From the human T2T-CHM13v2.0 reference genome, Homo sapiens: a stretch of 64,000 nt of DNA. Positions 45,441 through 58,177 of this stretch are shown one piece after another. Within the stretch, counting starts at the first letter, position 1. Each line of letters opens with the position of its first letter. The stretch is taken from assembly GCF_009914755.1 (NCBI RefSeq), contig NC_060929.1. The stretch is one strand, 5' to 3'. Under the pieces are notes generated by a model. That model had not been told where the DNA came from. It did not search any database and was given only the letters and a program-made list of their open reading frames with translations. A program made the translations under genes and the position numbers.

Positions 45441-46511
45441 TCATTTCTCAACACTAAATAACATCCTCAGACATATTTAATTCTGTCTTCGTTTGCCTTT
45501 TAATATCTCACACAGGTGAAAAGAATGTTAAAAACTCCAACTCAAGCTAATAATAGTAAATTTAAGTAATTGCTATAGCTATTAACATCACTTAGGAGGA
45601 AAAACTCTTGGTTTCCTAATACATTTTCCTCATCTACTGCAGCTGAGGCTTAATATATTGGCTCACTTCTCATTACGTGTTAACATCTTAATCAAAACAA
45701 AATTTCAAATTAATAGCACACGTTATGGCTTCTCTATTGGAAAACAAAGCCATCTATCTATAAACCCCCAAAATTATATAAATCTTCTGCAGCCCTGTGA
45801 ATTGACAGCCTGATTTATGCCTCTGTAAGTGGGGAAAGTGAGAATCCTAAATGGCCTTTGTGATCCCCATCCCATTCATGATATAAACCCACTGGGGATT
45901 CAGGTTCTCAGAGAACATGCAAAGTTGTGCCTAAGTAAATGTGTGTGTGTGGGTGGCGGTGGTGGGGGCTGGTGGTTCTTGCTCTAATGCACCAGGGATT
46001 ATCTAAGCATGGGGGTGAGGGTGGGAGTGGGGATGTGCAGTGCTGGGAAATAACCAGGATTAATGCTCACGGGGTTGCAGTGGGTCAGGATGTCTGAACC
46101 ATGACAGAAGGTGCTAGTACATTTGTGGTTTCGTGGTGACCAATTTTCAGGTGTTCTCAAGCTGACTGACCCATGGGGCTCTGGGACAGCTGTTGAGGCC
46201 TGCCACCCAAACCTCCTCACCCTCCTCACAAACATTCAGCACTGAGCTCTGAGTTTTGGGGTACTTAATATAGGGAGTAAGACTGAAATCTAGGCATCTC
46301 TGACCCCATGTGAAAGAAATTTGGGCCCCAAATTCTATTAAAAAGATTAATGGGAAATGTGAATTCAGGGACCCAGTTTTTATTATCTTCAAAGAAGATG
46401 CTAGTAGAAATTTGAAAATGGAAAATAAATATTTCAGAGATAAGACTCAGAATCTCAGAGTTAGAAGAGAATTCAGCAGCCCCATTGTGGAAAGCCCTCG
46501 CCTTGGACTAA

Positions 46512-46843
<332 letters not shown>

Positions 46844-47125
46844 TCATCAGAGTCACAGAGCAAGTTAGTGGCATGAAACACAAATCTGCAAAGCACCCAT
46901 CCACAGTTCCTTTTACTATACACCATGACAAGAAAATACTGATAATGTACATTTTAGAGCTACATAGTAACTCCTGAGAATCTTAAGATATTTTTCAAGA
47001 GCAGAGGAAAAAACTAATATGGGTTTCTTTCCTGTGTCAGAAGTCTAACCAGATCAAGCCCAGACATGTATAATACAAGTCTCAGACTGCTCTCTCCCTG
47101 TTGGGGCCACGCTCCACAATCTTAC

Positions 47126-49580
47126 TTGTTTAAATCTCGAGGTTGGGTCTACACCTGTCTGCTTCATAGAGTCCATGACAGACTTCATTTCTACAGCCTC
47201 CTTAATAAGCTGGTGGTTTTCCATCTGCTTAGCTTTGAAGCTGTCGGCCTGAAGCTGCTGCTGGTGATTGGAGAGAAGCTGCGATTTACCTGTCTCCTCA
47301 GTTTTATTAGGCACTGATGGCCCTAGTTTAGAATGGTTTTTGTTAGGCTCCGGAGTAGAGGGAGCTTTTGAGATTGTGGCCGATGGCATATTTTTCTGTT
47401 TAGTTTCCTCCTTGCCCAGCTCTTTCAAGGGGAGCTCACTTTTCCTTTCACAGTCTCCTCTCCCAGTCTGGGCCATTTTCTGCTCTGCCAGCCTCTGGTC
47501 CTCATAGTACTTCTCATACTGCTGTCTATAGGCAGGGCTGGTGGCCATCAGAGACTTCTGGTCCATATAGAGCCCATATGCATACTGGCCATAATAAAGT
47601 GACTGAGCCAGGGCAGGATGTCTTTGTGTGATCACCGACTGGTGCTGAGGCTGTAAGGATGCAGAATTGTGGTCCACTTTCTTAGAATCTAACTGCTCTG
47701 CCTTGTCTTTCTTTTCAGCATCTTCCTCAGACTCCTTCTTGATCTTCATTCCCTGCGTGCTCCCACTATTTCCAGCTGCAGGGGCACCGACCTGCCCAGG
47801 GTGCATGTAACTTGGAGAATAATAAGGATCATAGCTGTGGTAATAGGGAGAATGGGACTCTTTCAGTTGAGATGATTGTGCTGTAGTTGAAGAATGCCCT
47901 TTTACAACACTGTCCTTACTAGAAATAATATCTGATGGGGAACTGGCCTTTGATCTCATACCCTCCGACCTGCTGTCAGAACCACCATCGTCAGCAGCAT
48001 CAGATATGTCTGAATAGGCCGGGCTGCTTGTCTTTGCAGCTGAACTCTCTGCCCCATTCTGGGTCAACACATGCAGAGGTGCCATTGGTGCCTGCCCGTT
48101 CACCAAAGTGCTGCATTCCAGCCTCGAGGCGCTCCCTATGGAAGGGCTGGGAGCGTTGTCTGTGAAAGTGTAAACCTTATCGGCCTCAGCTTTGATACTG
48201 GCCATGCGGCTCTCCTGAGACTCCGACAGTCCATTTGCCAGCCCTTCATTCTTGTTGAGATGATCCTTTAAAAAATGCCCAGGTAAATCTTTGCTGGCCC
48301 CCTTGGAGTCCTCTAGTTTCCCCAGCTTGGCATCCATTTTTGGGCTTCCCGTCTCTTTCCCTTCTTTGTCCTTTAGCTTTCGCTTCTCCTTTTTCTTTTT
48401 GTCTTTGAGTGACACCAGAGCTGGGTTCACGGTGATGGGCTCTCCCATAATTGTGGGCTTTGGTTGAATGGGTTTTAACGGAGGACTCTTTGGTGTAGCC
48501 TGAACAACAGTTGTTGTGAGGGAGGGCAGTCCGGGTATTGTCCCAGTGGTGGTCGTTGTAAAGGTTGCAGTGGGTATAGCGATTAGCTGCGGGGGAGTGG
48601 GGGCTGGGGCAGGGGCAATGGGCCGGGCACTTTTCAGTTTAGAGAGGTTTTTGTCCGTTTTGCAGTTGGTAGCTTTTTTGCCCTTTTCTTTATCTCCTAA
48701 ATTTTTCTTGTCAATTAATCCTTCTGCTTCCAGTTTAGGCATCTCAGCAGCCAAACTGCCGTCTGCTGCCGAGCAACTGTCTAACGCAGCCGTCATGTTG
48801 GAGATTACTGGAAGGTTGTTCAGTTCATTGTTAAGGCCCTTCTTTTTGCCAGAATTCTTCCCAGCTTTAGCACCAATAATGGAACCTGGGCCATTGCTCA
48901 TCAGCTCTCTCTTTCCCTTTGGGGTCCCAGGTGGGTTTCCAGCACCAGGGGATGCCGGTGCCTTCAACTGGTCATAAGCAGATACACTTGTGCTTGGCTC
49001 ACTGCATTCAAGTGCCACATTACTCAATCCTTCCTCACAGTCCGAGATCTTGTCCTCACTGTCAGGCTCGAACTCCAGCTTGTTTTCTGGGTCTAAGTGT
49101 GCATGAGCCTGGTGGTACCTCAGGCCGTTAATGTGCTTGTACTTTTTGTTGCAGTTTGGGTGGGGACAGTCGATTAACACTGGAGAAGAGCAGCCTTGGT
49201 CCAAAAAAGTAGTCTCTGGTTTCCCTTGAGGGGTAGTGGGAGTGCTTCTGGAATTTGTGCGGACACGCTTTCCAGGCTTATTGTCCTCAGAGCTGGAGTT
49301 CAGGTCCAGCTCCATTGGAGGCTTGTTTTTCCTTTTGTTGGTGGAGGAAGGGCTGGCTTTGATATCCTCAGCAGCACAATTTGGGGGTGTCCTTCGTCCG
49401 CTGGCATTGAGGCTGCCCCGCCTCCCTTTCCCATTGGCCCCCCCTCTGTTCTTATTCTGCAGCCCTCTGGACTCTGTGAAGCTGGCCTCGGAGCCCGGGG
49501 CAGCAGCAGCAGACCTTGCTCTCTTCCCTCTGCCCCGGCCCCCTCTCATCTCCAGGTCACTTGTCGGTGACTCACAAAAC
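47126..49580 (-). CDS. ZNF608: ZNF608 large exon (2455 nt) containing the single C2H2 zinc finger
   Basis: 855-aa ORF; TTCCATAG|G acceptor, CAA|GTAAGA donor; phase 2 to phase 0; [63 protein letters not shown] and SPAYSDISD are ZNF608/609 family motifs. Confidence 0.97.
49097..49168 (-). other. ZNF608: C2H2 zinc-finger coding segment
   Basis: C-x4-C-x12-H-x4-H: [24 protein letters not shown]. Confidence 0.92.
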
Positions 49581-50056
49581 CTATGGAAGCAAGTAACAGA
49601 TGTGAAAATGAGCATCCCCAAAAGAGCCAGGTGAAATCACAAAGTACACAATGCAGTAAAGAGGAGTCAACACTCCAGTAGCTTCAGGGCTGGGCCCAGT
49701 CAAGGAAAAGACTGACAATTTCCAACACCTGCAAAAGAACAGGCGACCAAGGGCTTATATTCTTCCTCAGAAAAACCAAAGAAAAACAGCTCAAGTAGCT
49801 AGCTTCCAAACCAGTTCAAATTCCCACTTTGAGAAAAAATGAAAACAAAGACAGGAGAGAAGGGGTGGGGAGCAGAGATCTTCTGATAGAAAAGAAATTT
49901 AGCATCTGCATTTTACTGCGTTCAATCCTAAATTGCTCATTTCTCCTTTGCCTGGTTTCAATTACAGGCACACTTTTATGTATTATGAATCTCTCTCTAC
50001 AGTTTCCCTGCAAAGAGAGGATGGGGAAGGAGAGAAATAAAAGGCCCTGTTCATAC

Positions 50057-50144
50057 CTGGGAGGGGCCCAGTCGTGCTTGGTGCAGTCCAGTAGGGTTCC
50101 CACGTACGTTTTGTTCCTCCACGTGACATTGACCACTAGGACAC
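50057..50144 (-). CDS. ZNF608: ZNF608 88-nt exon ([30 protein letters not shown]), conserved brakeless-family block
   Basis: CCCCTGCCTCCTGCAG|GT acceptor, CAG|GTATGA donor, phase 1 to phase 2, in frame with the next exon. Confidence 0.95.
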
Positions 50145-50348
50145 CTGCAGGAGGCAGGGGATGAAAAAGGATCATAGTTACCACTGATTACTGTTACTTC
50201 CAGTTCACTTATTATTTCTTTCTCTTTTTTTTGCCAGCAAAGTTCTATTCTCATTTGCTTTTAAAAGCTGTGGTTTGCATTCTTCCTCTTTCTGGTTTCA
50301 GTGACCTCAAGTTAAAACCCACAGGAAATAATGTGTGTTGTGCATTCG

Positions 50349-50360
50349 TGCGCGTGCGCA
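50349..50360. promoter_or_regulatory. NRF1 consensus site
   Basis: TGCGCGTGCGCA; reverse complement TGCGCACGCGCA fits YGCGCAYGCGCR; CpGs retained in AT-rich intron. Confidence 0.5.
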
Positions 50361-52149
50361 TGTGGTACAAAGGAGTGAGACTGTGTGTGAGAGTGTAATC
50401 AAGATACTGCTGACAGAAGGAAATGGTTTTTGCCATGTCCTGCTGTAAAACAGCAACACTCACCTCTTAATTTTTCTATTATTACACATAATTGCTTTCG
50501 TTTGGCAAGCAGCCAGTATAAACTAGCGCCAGTTACCAGTGCTTAAACCAGAGGGTGACTGAAAGGAATCGGTTTTGTTTCCAATTCAACAATATAAAAT
50601 GATGGTGATTTTTATTAAGAAAAAATAATTATGCAGGTGCATAAAAATAGGCATAGACAGGAGAGTGGGGACTCAAGAGTCCAGATAGCAGACAATCAAC
50701 TACGATTTCACTTCCCTAATCCTCCCCTCTTTGACTTTGTGAGACAGTAATCAGCCTGGGTACCCTATCTGTTTCAGTGTTTGGTTTTGTTTCATATTAA
50801 GGACTCCTAAAATAGCCCTCTTAAGAAAACAAATGTGCACAATAGATTTACTCTTGGGGTTATCTTTGGAGTCAACTTTGGTACGCATTTGCCTCAGAGG
50901 ATTAGAAAAGAAATCTCAAAACTAACACACTCGTTTCCTGCAAGCCATTCTGCTTTTTCCAACTGCTTTTCAGACAGACAATTTAATTTAGCACTGCATC
51001 TGTGAATTACTAAACTTAAGTGTGCTTAGTATACCAAATGTCACAGAGAAAATATAATATCCTCTTTATTTCTGAGAGGACAAATGCCAAATTACAAAAA
51101 TCACTTCTTTAAAGCATATTTTAATAGAACCTTGATTTTGAGACATACATAAATTATTAGGGTAAAGAAATAAAATATTTAACTGAGCCTTTGTTTTCTT
51201 TTCTGCATCTACCCCTACTCTTTCTTGGAAGCACCAGAAGACATTAGTCAAAATCTGTTTCTAGCTAGTTTGCTCACTTGCATTACCATTGCCATTGTGA
51301 ATTTTACAGAAAACCTGTAGTGGGCTCCTTTACAGTAAGGGAAACCTGACAAGGTAAGACTCATTTCCTTGGGAACCTTTTAACAGCAGGTAAAATATTT
51401 CAATGGTTGGGACTCAAGTAATGGAGAACGATTTCTTTCCAAAGTCTCAAAAGGAGATTTTAAAATTGTTTCCCATATGGTCTATGTTGCTATTACTTAG
51501 GCAACAGCTGAATTATTTACTCTGTGTTAATTCAGTGTACTGTAGCAATAGGCTAGCAGGGGAAAGGCTAGGATGGAGCAAAGCAAGTATTTCCTCAAAT
51601 CATAGCTGATTCCAATGAAATTCCCTCAGGAAATTTTTTTAAAACCATTGTGTATAAAATTTCCTATTGCGATGAGAATCCATGGTAATTAGGCATTTGG
51701 TCAAAATCTGCACAAGACAGAACAATTGGAGGAAAGGATTCTTTATGAACACATCCCTTCAGGAAAGGGGAGGGGGTGGGAGAGGAGGCAAAGGGGAAGA
51801 CTGAGCTGGTTTTCTCATCATCTTCTCTCTGGGGCACTGTGTGTGGTGTCAAAGACCTTTGCAGCTGCTTAAAATTCTTTAGCATGTCAGCTATATTTAC
51901 AGTGCAGGAATATATCTGTACTGCCAGAAGGTTACTGCATTTTAGCTTTAGATCCAATAGGCTGAATCACTGCGTTCCAGAGTCCCTGATGTAGCACAAA
52001 TATATAATTAAAATTGCTTGAAAGGAAACATGAAAGAAACAACAAACCTTCCATTCTTGCAGTAATAAAATTAAAAACAGGAAAAGTCTGCACAGACACT
52101 TAACATTTGTCTGCAGTGAAAGGCTTTTGTTATTGCTTTTCCCCTAAGG

Positions 52150-52500
52150 GTTTCGCGTTTCCAGAGAACGCTGGCCGCGGATTGGCCGGCGCCCGCTGCG
52201 AGCACTCGCGTCTGATTGGCTGGGCCGAGGCGGCCGCCCGGAGCACAGAGGCAGCGGTCGGGTAGAGGTGAGCGTGGCGGAGGCAAAGGGACGCATCCCC
52301 CACGGCGCGCTGGCCGTGCGGGGCTAGAGGGCCGCCTGCGCTGCTCGGCTCCCTCGGTGCACGCGGGACACAGGCTCATTCGCACTAACGAGTCCGGCCG
52401 TGCAGTGAAAGCTTCGGTCTGCGTGACCGTGCTGCGCTCCCCGCGCCACGCGGCTCCACACAACACGCCGGCCCACGCAGAACCCTCAGAACGAAATTCA
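52150..52500. promoter_or_regulatory. Intragenic CpG island with two CCAAT boxes
   Basis: Sharp GC/CpG-dense non-repeat block; ATTGG at 52181-52185 and 52215-52219; E2F-like TTTCGCG at 52151-52157. Confidence 0.8.
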
Positions 52501-54631
52501 CCGTCTCAATACAGGCTCAAGGGAAACCTGGAGTCTGAAAAAAGGAAGGGACCCAGGGCAGGCAATTAATCACTGGTTATCTGGGGCCACAGGTTGAAGC
52601 TGTCACAAAGGCTAATCTGCAGTTGCAACTTCCTCACTGTAAAATTATTCACATCTCCTGCTGCTCTTTCTGGAAGCCACACAAGCAGACCTCTTATCGA
52701 AGTACAAGTGATGCCGTTGTTATTTGCACTCGGAAGGAATCAAGTCCTGGAAAGAAAAATCCATTTTCAACCTCAAAGGGCCTAAATAAGTAACCCTTAT
52801 TTTTCCAGAAGCACTCCGTATTTAAAATGCTCAAAACAAATGCTTTACACCCAAGGAGATTTTGAACAGTCTCCATCAAGCAGTGCTAATTAAATATGTG
52901 TGCTTGTGTCTATCTTTCTTTATATGTACGAGCCGCTTCACAATGCCACAGAGTGTTTAAATCTGCCCACAATTCACATCCGAATATATACAGGCACATG
53001 TTTACACAGCCAAATCTGCCACTCTATATTGGAATGAAGGCTTAAGGAATGTTTCTCATATAAACTACACAGTGTACTGTTTCTTTGTAAGAAGGTCTAT
53101 GTTTAGACAACACCCCATTGTGAAGGGCCAAGTATAAAGGCGGTGTTTAGGTTCTAAAACTTGTAAATGATTTATCATTTTGCTGAAATCTCAAAATCTT
53201 GAACATTTTATAACCCACAGTCACATAAAGCAGACTACACTTACTGAAGGCATAAATGCCCATGATGAAAATTAGTTCTTTAAAAGTGCAAATTTGTATT
53301 TTATAAATCTGGGCATAAAGTTCTATTTCTCACATGTGAATTGGAAATAAGTGTACACTTATTCCAGAAAGATTAGTTTCTTTTCACGCACATTTATTCA
53401 AACATGTAGCCAGTGAGCTAGGTGTTGGGGACGTTCTATACAGGTACTTTTCATCTTTATATTCAAGTATTCTACCAGGTTTATTATTCTTCCCTTTCCA
53501 CCCATGGACTGGGCCTGGCCTTTGTCAGAGAGCTAATGCCCTGTAACATTTCATCTGAGGCTTATTACTAATAAAGTAAGAATACAGCTGAAGAGTACAA
53601 TGGATGGTTTGAGAGTGTGCTGACCACACACAGCTTTCTTCTTTGTACTGTTAACACTTTGTCTAAGATGCTGCCCCCAAAGGCCTATTACCTACAGAAC
53701 ATTTAATAAGAACAAGGTCTTTATTATATAACCTGAGCCTGTTACTTCCTCAAGCCAAAAAAGCCTGAGACCTCATAAGGATTTCAGTCAGTGTTCTGTT
53801 ATGTCCTTTGTAAAGGGTTTCCAGGAAGATGTCAAGCCCAACAAACACTTATTGTGTGTGTCTACAGGGTACACATTAGGTGCCTATTTAGTGCTATGGA
53901 ATCAACCACGTTTTACTTGGAGCTCCATCCAAACTCTGTACTTCAAGAGTCTGTGCATGAAAAGAACAGAAGAGACACAGGCATACACTGTGATGCACAA
54001 GTGGAAGTATAGTTTTGTCTATTACCTGCATTTTTACAGTAGGCCCCTTATGCTATCACGTCAGGCTAGACCCTGGATTTCATGTTCATGGTGCCCCCAC
54101 CTAGACCAGTGATCCTAACCCTGCCCCCATCTGACTGGACCAGTGATGGGCACCTGGAGCAAAGGCAGCCAGCCCAACAGGGACTTATGTTGGGAATCTG
54201 AATGAGAAATATGGAAGTTCCAAAGAACTGGCAATAGGAGTAGAAGCCTAAAGCTTGCAAGATAGTAAGAGGCGTAAAGAACCATGATGGGCCAAAGTTC
54301 CAAGGGCGCAATAGCTATAAGACCAGGAAGCCAACTGCACTGTTGGTGCAACACCCTCAGGACTTTGTGTGCGTGTGTGTGTGTCCTTTTTCTCTCCAGC
54401 TTCATCACTGATAGAAGATTTCACCAGCACTCCCCCAGGATTGCCTATTTTCCAGCCATCTTGTTAAAAAGTTGTTCCTTGTGTTAAACTAAATTTGTCT
54501 TTGAATACCTTGGTCCTGGCTGAGCCTCCTGATACCCTGCAGATGCAGTCCACCCATCATCCACTCAACAGCCTTTCATCCCGGCAAGGATAATGACCAT
54601 GTTGGCATTCTCCCCACCTCCTGCTCACTGT

Positions 54632-54768
54632 CTTTTTCCTATTTTTTTTTAATGAGATGGGCTCTCAGTATGTTGCCCAGGGTGGTCTTGAACTCCTGGC
54701 CTCAAGCAATCCTCCCCCGTCAGCCTCCCAAAATGCTGGGATTACAGTGTGACCCACCACACCCAGCC
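54632..54768 (-). mobile_element. FLAM-like Alu monomer
   Basis: T-rich tail, GAGATGGG..TATGTTGCCCAGG..CTCCTGGCCTCAAGCAATCC..CCACCACACCCAGCC. Confidence 0.85.
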
Positions 54769-57245
54769 TCTATGTCTTCTTTACTCTCCAGCCTAGACAA
54801 GTTTCTTCAACCGTTCTTCATGTCACATTTTTAATTCCCCTAAAAGAAACCTTGAAGATGCCTTAGTCCAAATCCCTAGGGAAAGTTAAAGTTCCTAATG
54901 AATTAGAAGCAAATGGAGACAAATGCAAAGGTTCTCACTTCTGTGAATCCTTGCCCTAGACACACGCATACCAGGCACACTGCCAAAAGACAGCCATTCT
55001 CTCCTGGATCCCCACAGCACTGCATACACAGTTCTTGCCCTGATGGAAACGTACGAGCCATGTTTCCCTCCCCTTTCTGAGCTCACAACTAGACTCCTTC
55101 TCAGCCTCCCTATCAGTCCGATGCAGCCATGTGACTGAGTCCTACAGAAAGCAAGTGAGAGAACTGATGAATGTGGGCCACTTCCAGGCCTGGCCCATAA
55201 GAACCTCTCATCCCTTTCTGTCTGGCTGCAATGGAAATGGCTATTGTGATCTCGAAGTCCTCAGGATAAAGGTGGCAGAGTCTCCTTCATCTGGGACCCT
55301 GAATGACAAGGAGAACTTCCCAGGTCTGAACTTAAGGCTATTTGTCCTACCGTAATACATGGCCCCCATAATATTTTACTCTGCTTGTATACACAGTATG
55401 CCTAACTCTTCCAACTAGATGACACTCCTTGAAAATAGGAGCAGTGTCTGCACCCACAACCCCTGGCGGCACAGTGGCTACCTAATAGTGAGAATTCATT
55501 AAACACCTAGGAACTAACTACACGAGGACTGACGAGAGAGAGAGTCTAGACTGAATCCTACTCAGTGACTTCCTTTTATTACTACCATACTTTTTCAATA
55601 AGCATAATCTCCCACTAGTTTTATAGATGATAGACATTCTCTGTGGAGAGGCTTTGCTCCCAAGATGTTATAAATGTGGTTTATGAATTATTATTTCTGG
55701 TATTTGTGAAGCTGTTTCCTCAAGAACGGGGCAAATGCCTGATTTCCCAGTGGATTGACATAATTCTGTTTGTATTGAGTTTAAAGACTGCTTCAGAGTC
55801 TTTAAAGTGCCTCATCCCCGGGACAGAAGTCTTTGCCAAGCATCGCAAATGCTGAGTTTGGAATCAGACAGAAGTTTTTTTGAACTCTCTCAGACTACCA
55901 CATCTGGATGCATTTGATGTGCATCCAGGCAGAAAACAGAAACCTCATTCGAATAACACCAAATGGTAACCCATTCATGCCATATGCCTTTAAAAAAGAA
56001 AGTTTACACATTTCTTTCCTTTTATATATTTTTTTCTAGTGAAACATTGGTGACAAAATGTCACAATATGCTGATTTCATGAGTACAGGATAAAATTCAT
56101 ATATTTCAGATATCATATTACCCTCCATTTTTACACAACGTGACTATTGTGCAAGGTATGATTTATCACCATTTCTTTGTTCAGGACTCCCTCCCCCCAT
56201 TATTATGTTGTCGTCACTCTGTGGTATTCAATACTGGTACTTTGTAAAGGCTGAATCTTGTATAGCACAAGCTTCGCTGTTCCAGCCTCGGAGCTTATAA
56301 CCTTCAGACAGATCCTTCTTCAAATATAATTATTTGGGAAAATTTAAAATGTACAACTAAGGTTGCTCATAAAATACCTGCCAGCCAAAAATCAGAGGGA
56401 CTTTCCCATTACCTGTGCCAAGTATATATAGAGCACTAGGACAGGAAAAGTAAGTGTTGTCACATGACCATAAAATGCAGTATGTTTTTTTTTTAAAGAG
56501 CCCTACCGCTGGGCTGAATGTTTGAAGAGTCACTTTAAACACATCCTGTAATCAAACCATCTGGAACACAGTGCTGCGATTAGTCACCCTGAACATAGGG
56601 CTTTATCTGAACAAATAGTGTATGGCAATGGAGCTTGGGAGATAGGGCAGTACTAACAAAAGGAAGTGTAATGAAACACTTTATGCCCTAGTGTGCCGCC
56701 ACCCCAGTCATAAACCCCAGAGACACACTGCTCTGGTGTTAATGTACTACTTTATGAAAGCACAGTGAGCTTAAAGATTAAAGGACTGAAGGGCTAAAAA
56801 TTGCTGGTTTGGATAGATCTTCTCTGTCAGCGGCTGGAATATGTTGGCATCACTCTATCTGCGTTAATTATAACCTCTCAGATGACAGTTGAGCATTCCT
56901 ATTAGGGTTTGGTGTTATTTTCAGGGCATTAGGAACAGGGTTTGTTTATGGGAGGGTAGTTACGATTCTTGGTTTGCCAGAGGTTAATCTGAACACAGAC
57001 TTGTTTTTGGTTCATCTAAACCCAATCCACATATAACGACAACAAAAAATGAAACCTTAAGCAATAACAAAAGCAATGGAAAAATGCTGTTCTACTCTGC
57101 ATTTTAAAACATGATAATCTTTCTTACTTGACTGTACTTATCTCTTTCAAAAGTACATTTGGTCATTGGTATACAATCTATGGAAATCCTTTTTTAAAAA
57201 AAAAATCTGAAAGGATTTTCCCCCTAAATACACAGAATAAGCCCT

Positions 57246-57248
<3 letters not shown>

Positions 57249-57308
<60 letters not shown>
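57249..57308. repeat. (CA)30 microsatellite
   Basis: Uninterrupted 60-bp CA run. Confidence 0.98.
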
Positions 57309-57309
<1 letters not shown>

Positions 57310-57837
57310 CTAAAGAAACCTTGTTTCCCCATGGGCCTTATGGTTTAATACACAAAAGAACACAGAGCCACTTCCATCACTGTCACCTCCCCTGCAGCCT
57401 TTGTTCTGAGGCCTGATGAGCTGTATTGATTTGGGAAAATCATTGAGCTTCTTTGGAAAACTAGACTCTCGCTTATTCACTGCCATCTATTTCTTTCCCA
57501 TGAAGACAGGTGGTCAATATCCAGCTGACTGGTCAGCTAAAAGAAGCCCTAGCTGCTTTTTTCTTGCTTCCCTAGTAACATTATCATTTCCCACTTCTAG
57601 AAGATACAATGGCCTGTTAAGGAGTCTTGTGAGTAAGAAGAGGGAGCAGAAATAAGACTTTTATAAGGCACCACCGGTAACACTAAGATGCTGTCCCATA
57701 TGTTCACGTGGGAGGCTGCACCGCACATATAGATGGTGACGATATTTTCACTGACCAAGTTTAAGCATCAGTGAAAACTTACAGGGCCCAAGATATAACA
57801 TGAAAAGAAATACTAAATCAAAACAGATCATTAGAGA

Positions 57838-58177
<340 letters not shown>

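Noticed and set aside
47066-49634. Plus-strand ORFs up to 153 aa overlapping the large exon
   Set aside because: Antisense shadows of the ZNF608 coding frame; no independent promoter or splice support
52071-52569. Arg/Pro/Ala-rich ORFs across the CpG island
   Set aside because: Stop-codon depletion from high GC; non-ATG starts
55904-55928. 9-bp stem CTGGATGCA/TGCATCCAG
   Set aside because: Several stems of this length are expected by chance in 64 kb; too short for a pre-miRNA
57745-57777. 10-bp stem TTTTCACTGA/TCAGTGAAAA with 13-nt loop
   Set aside because: About one such AT-rich stem is expected by chance in this window; no supporting context
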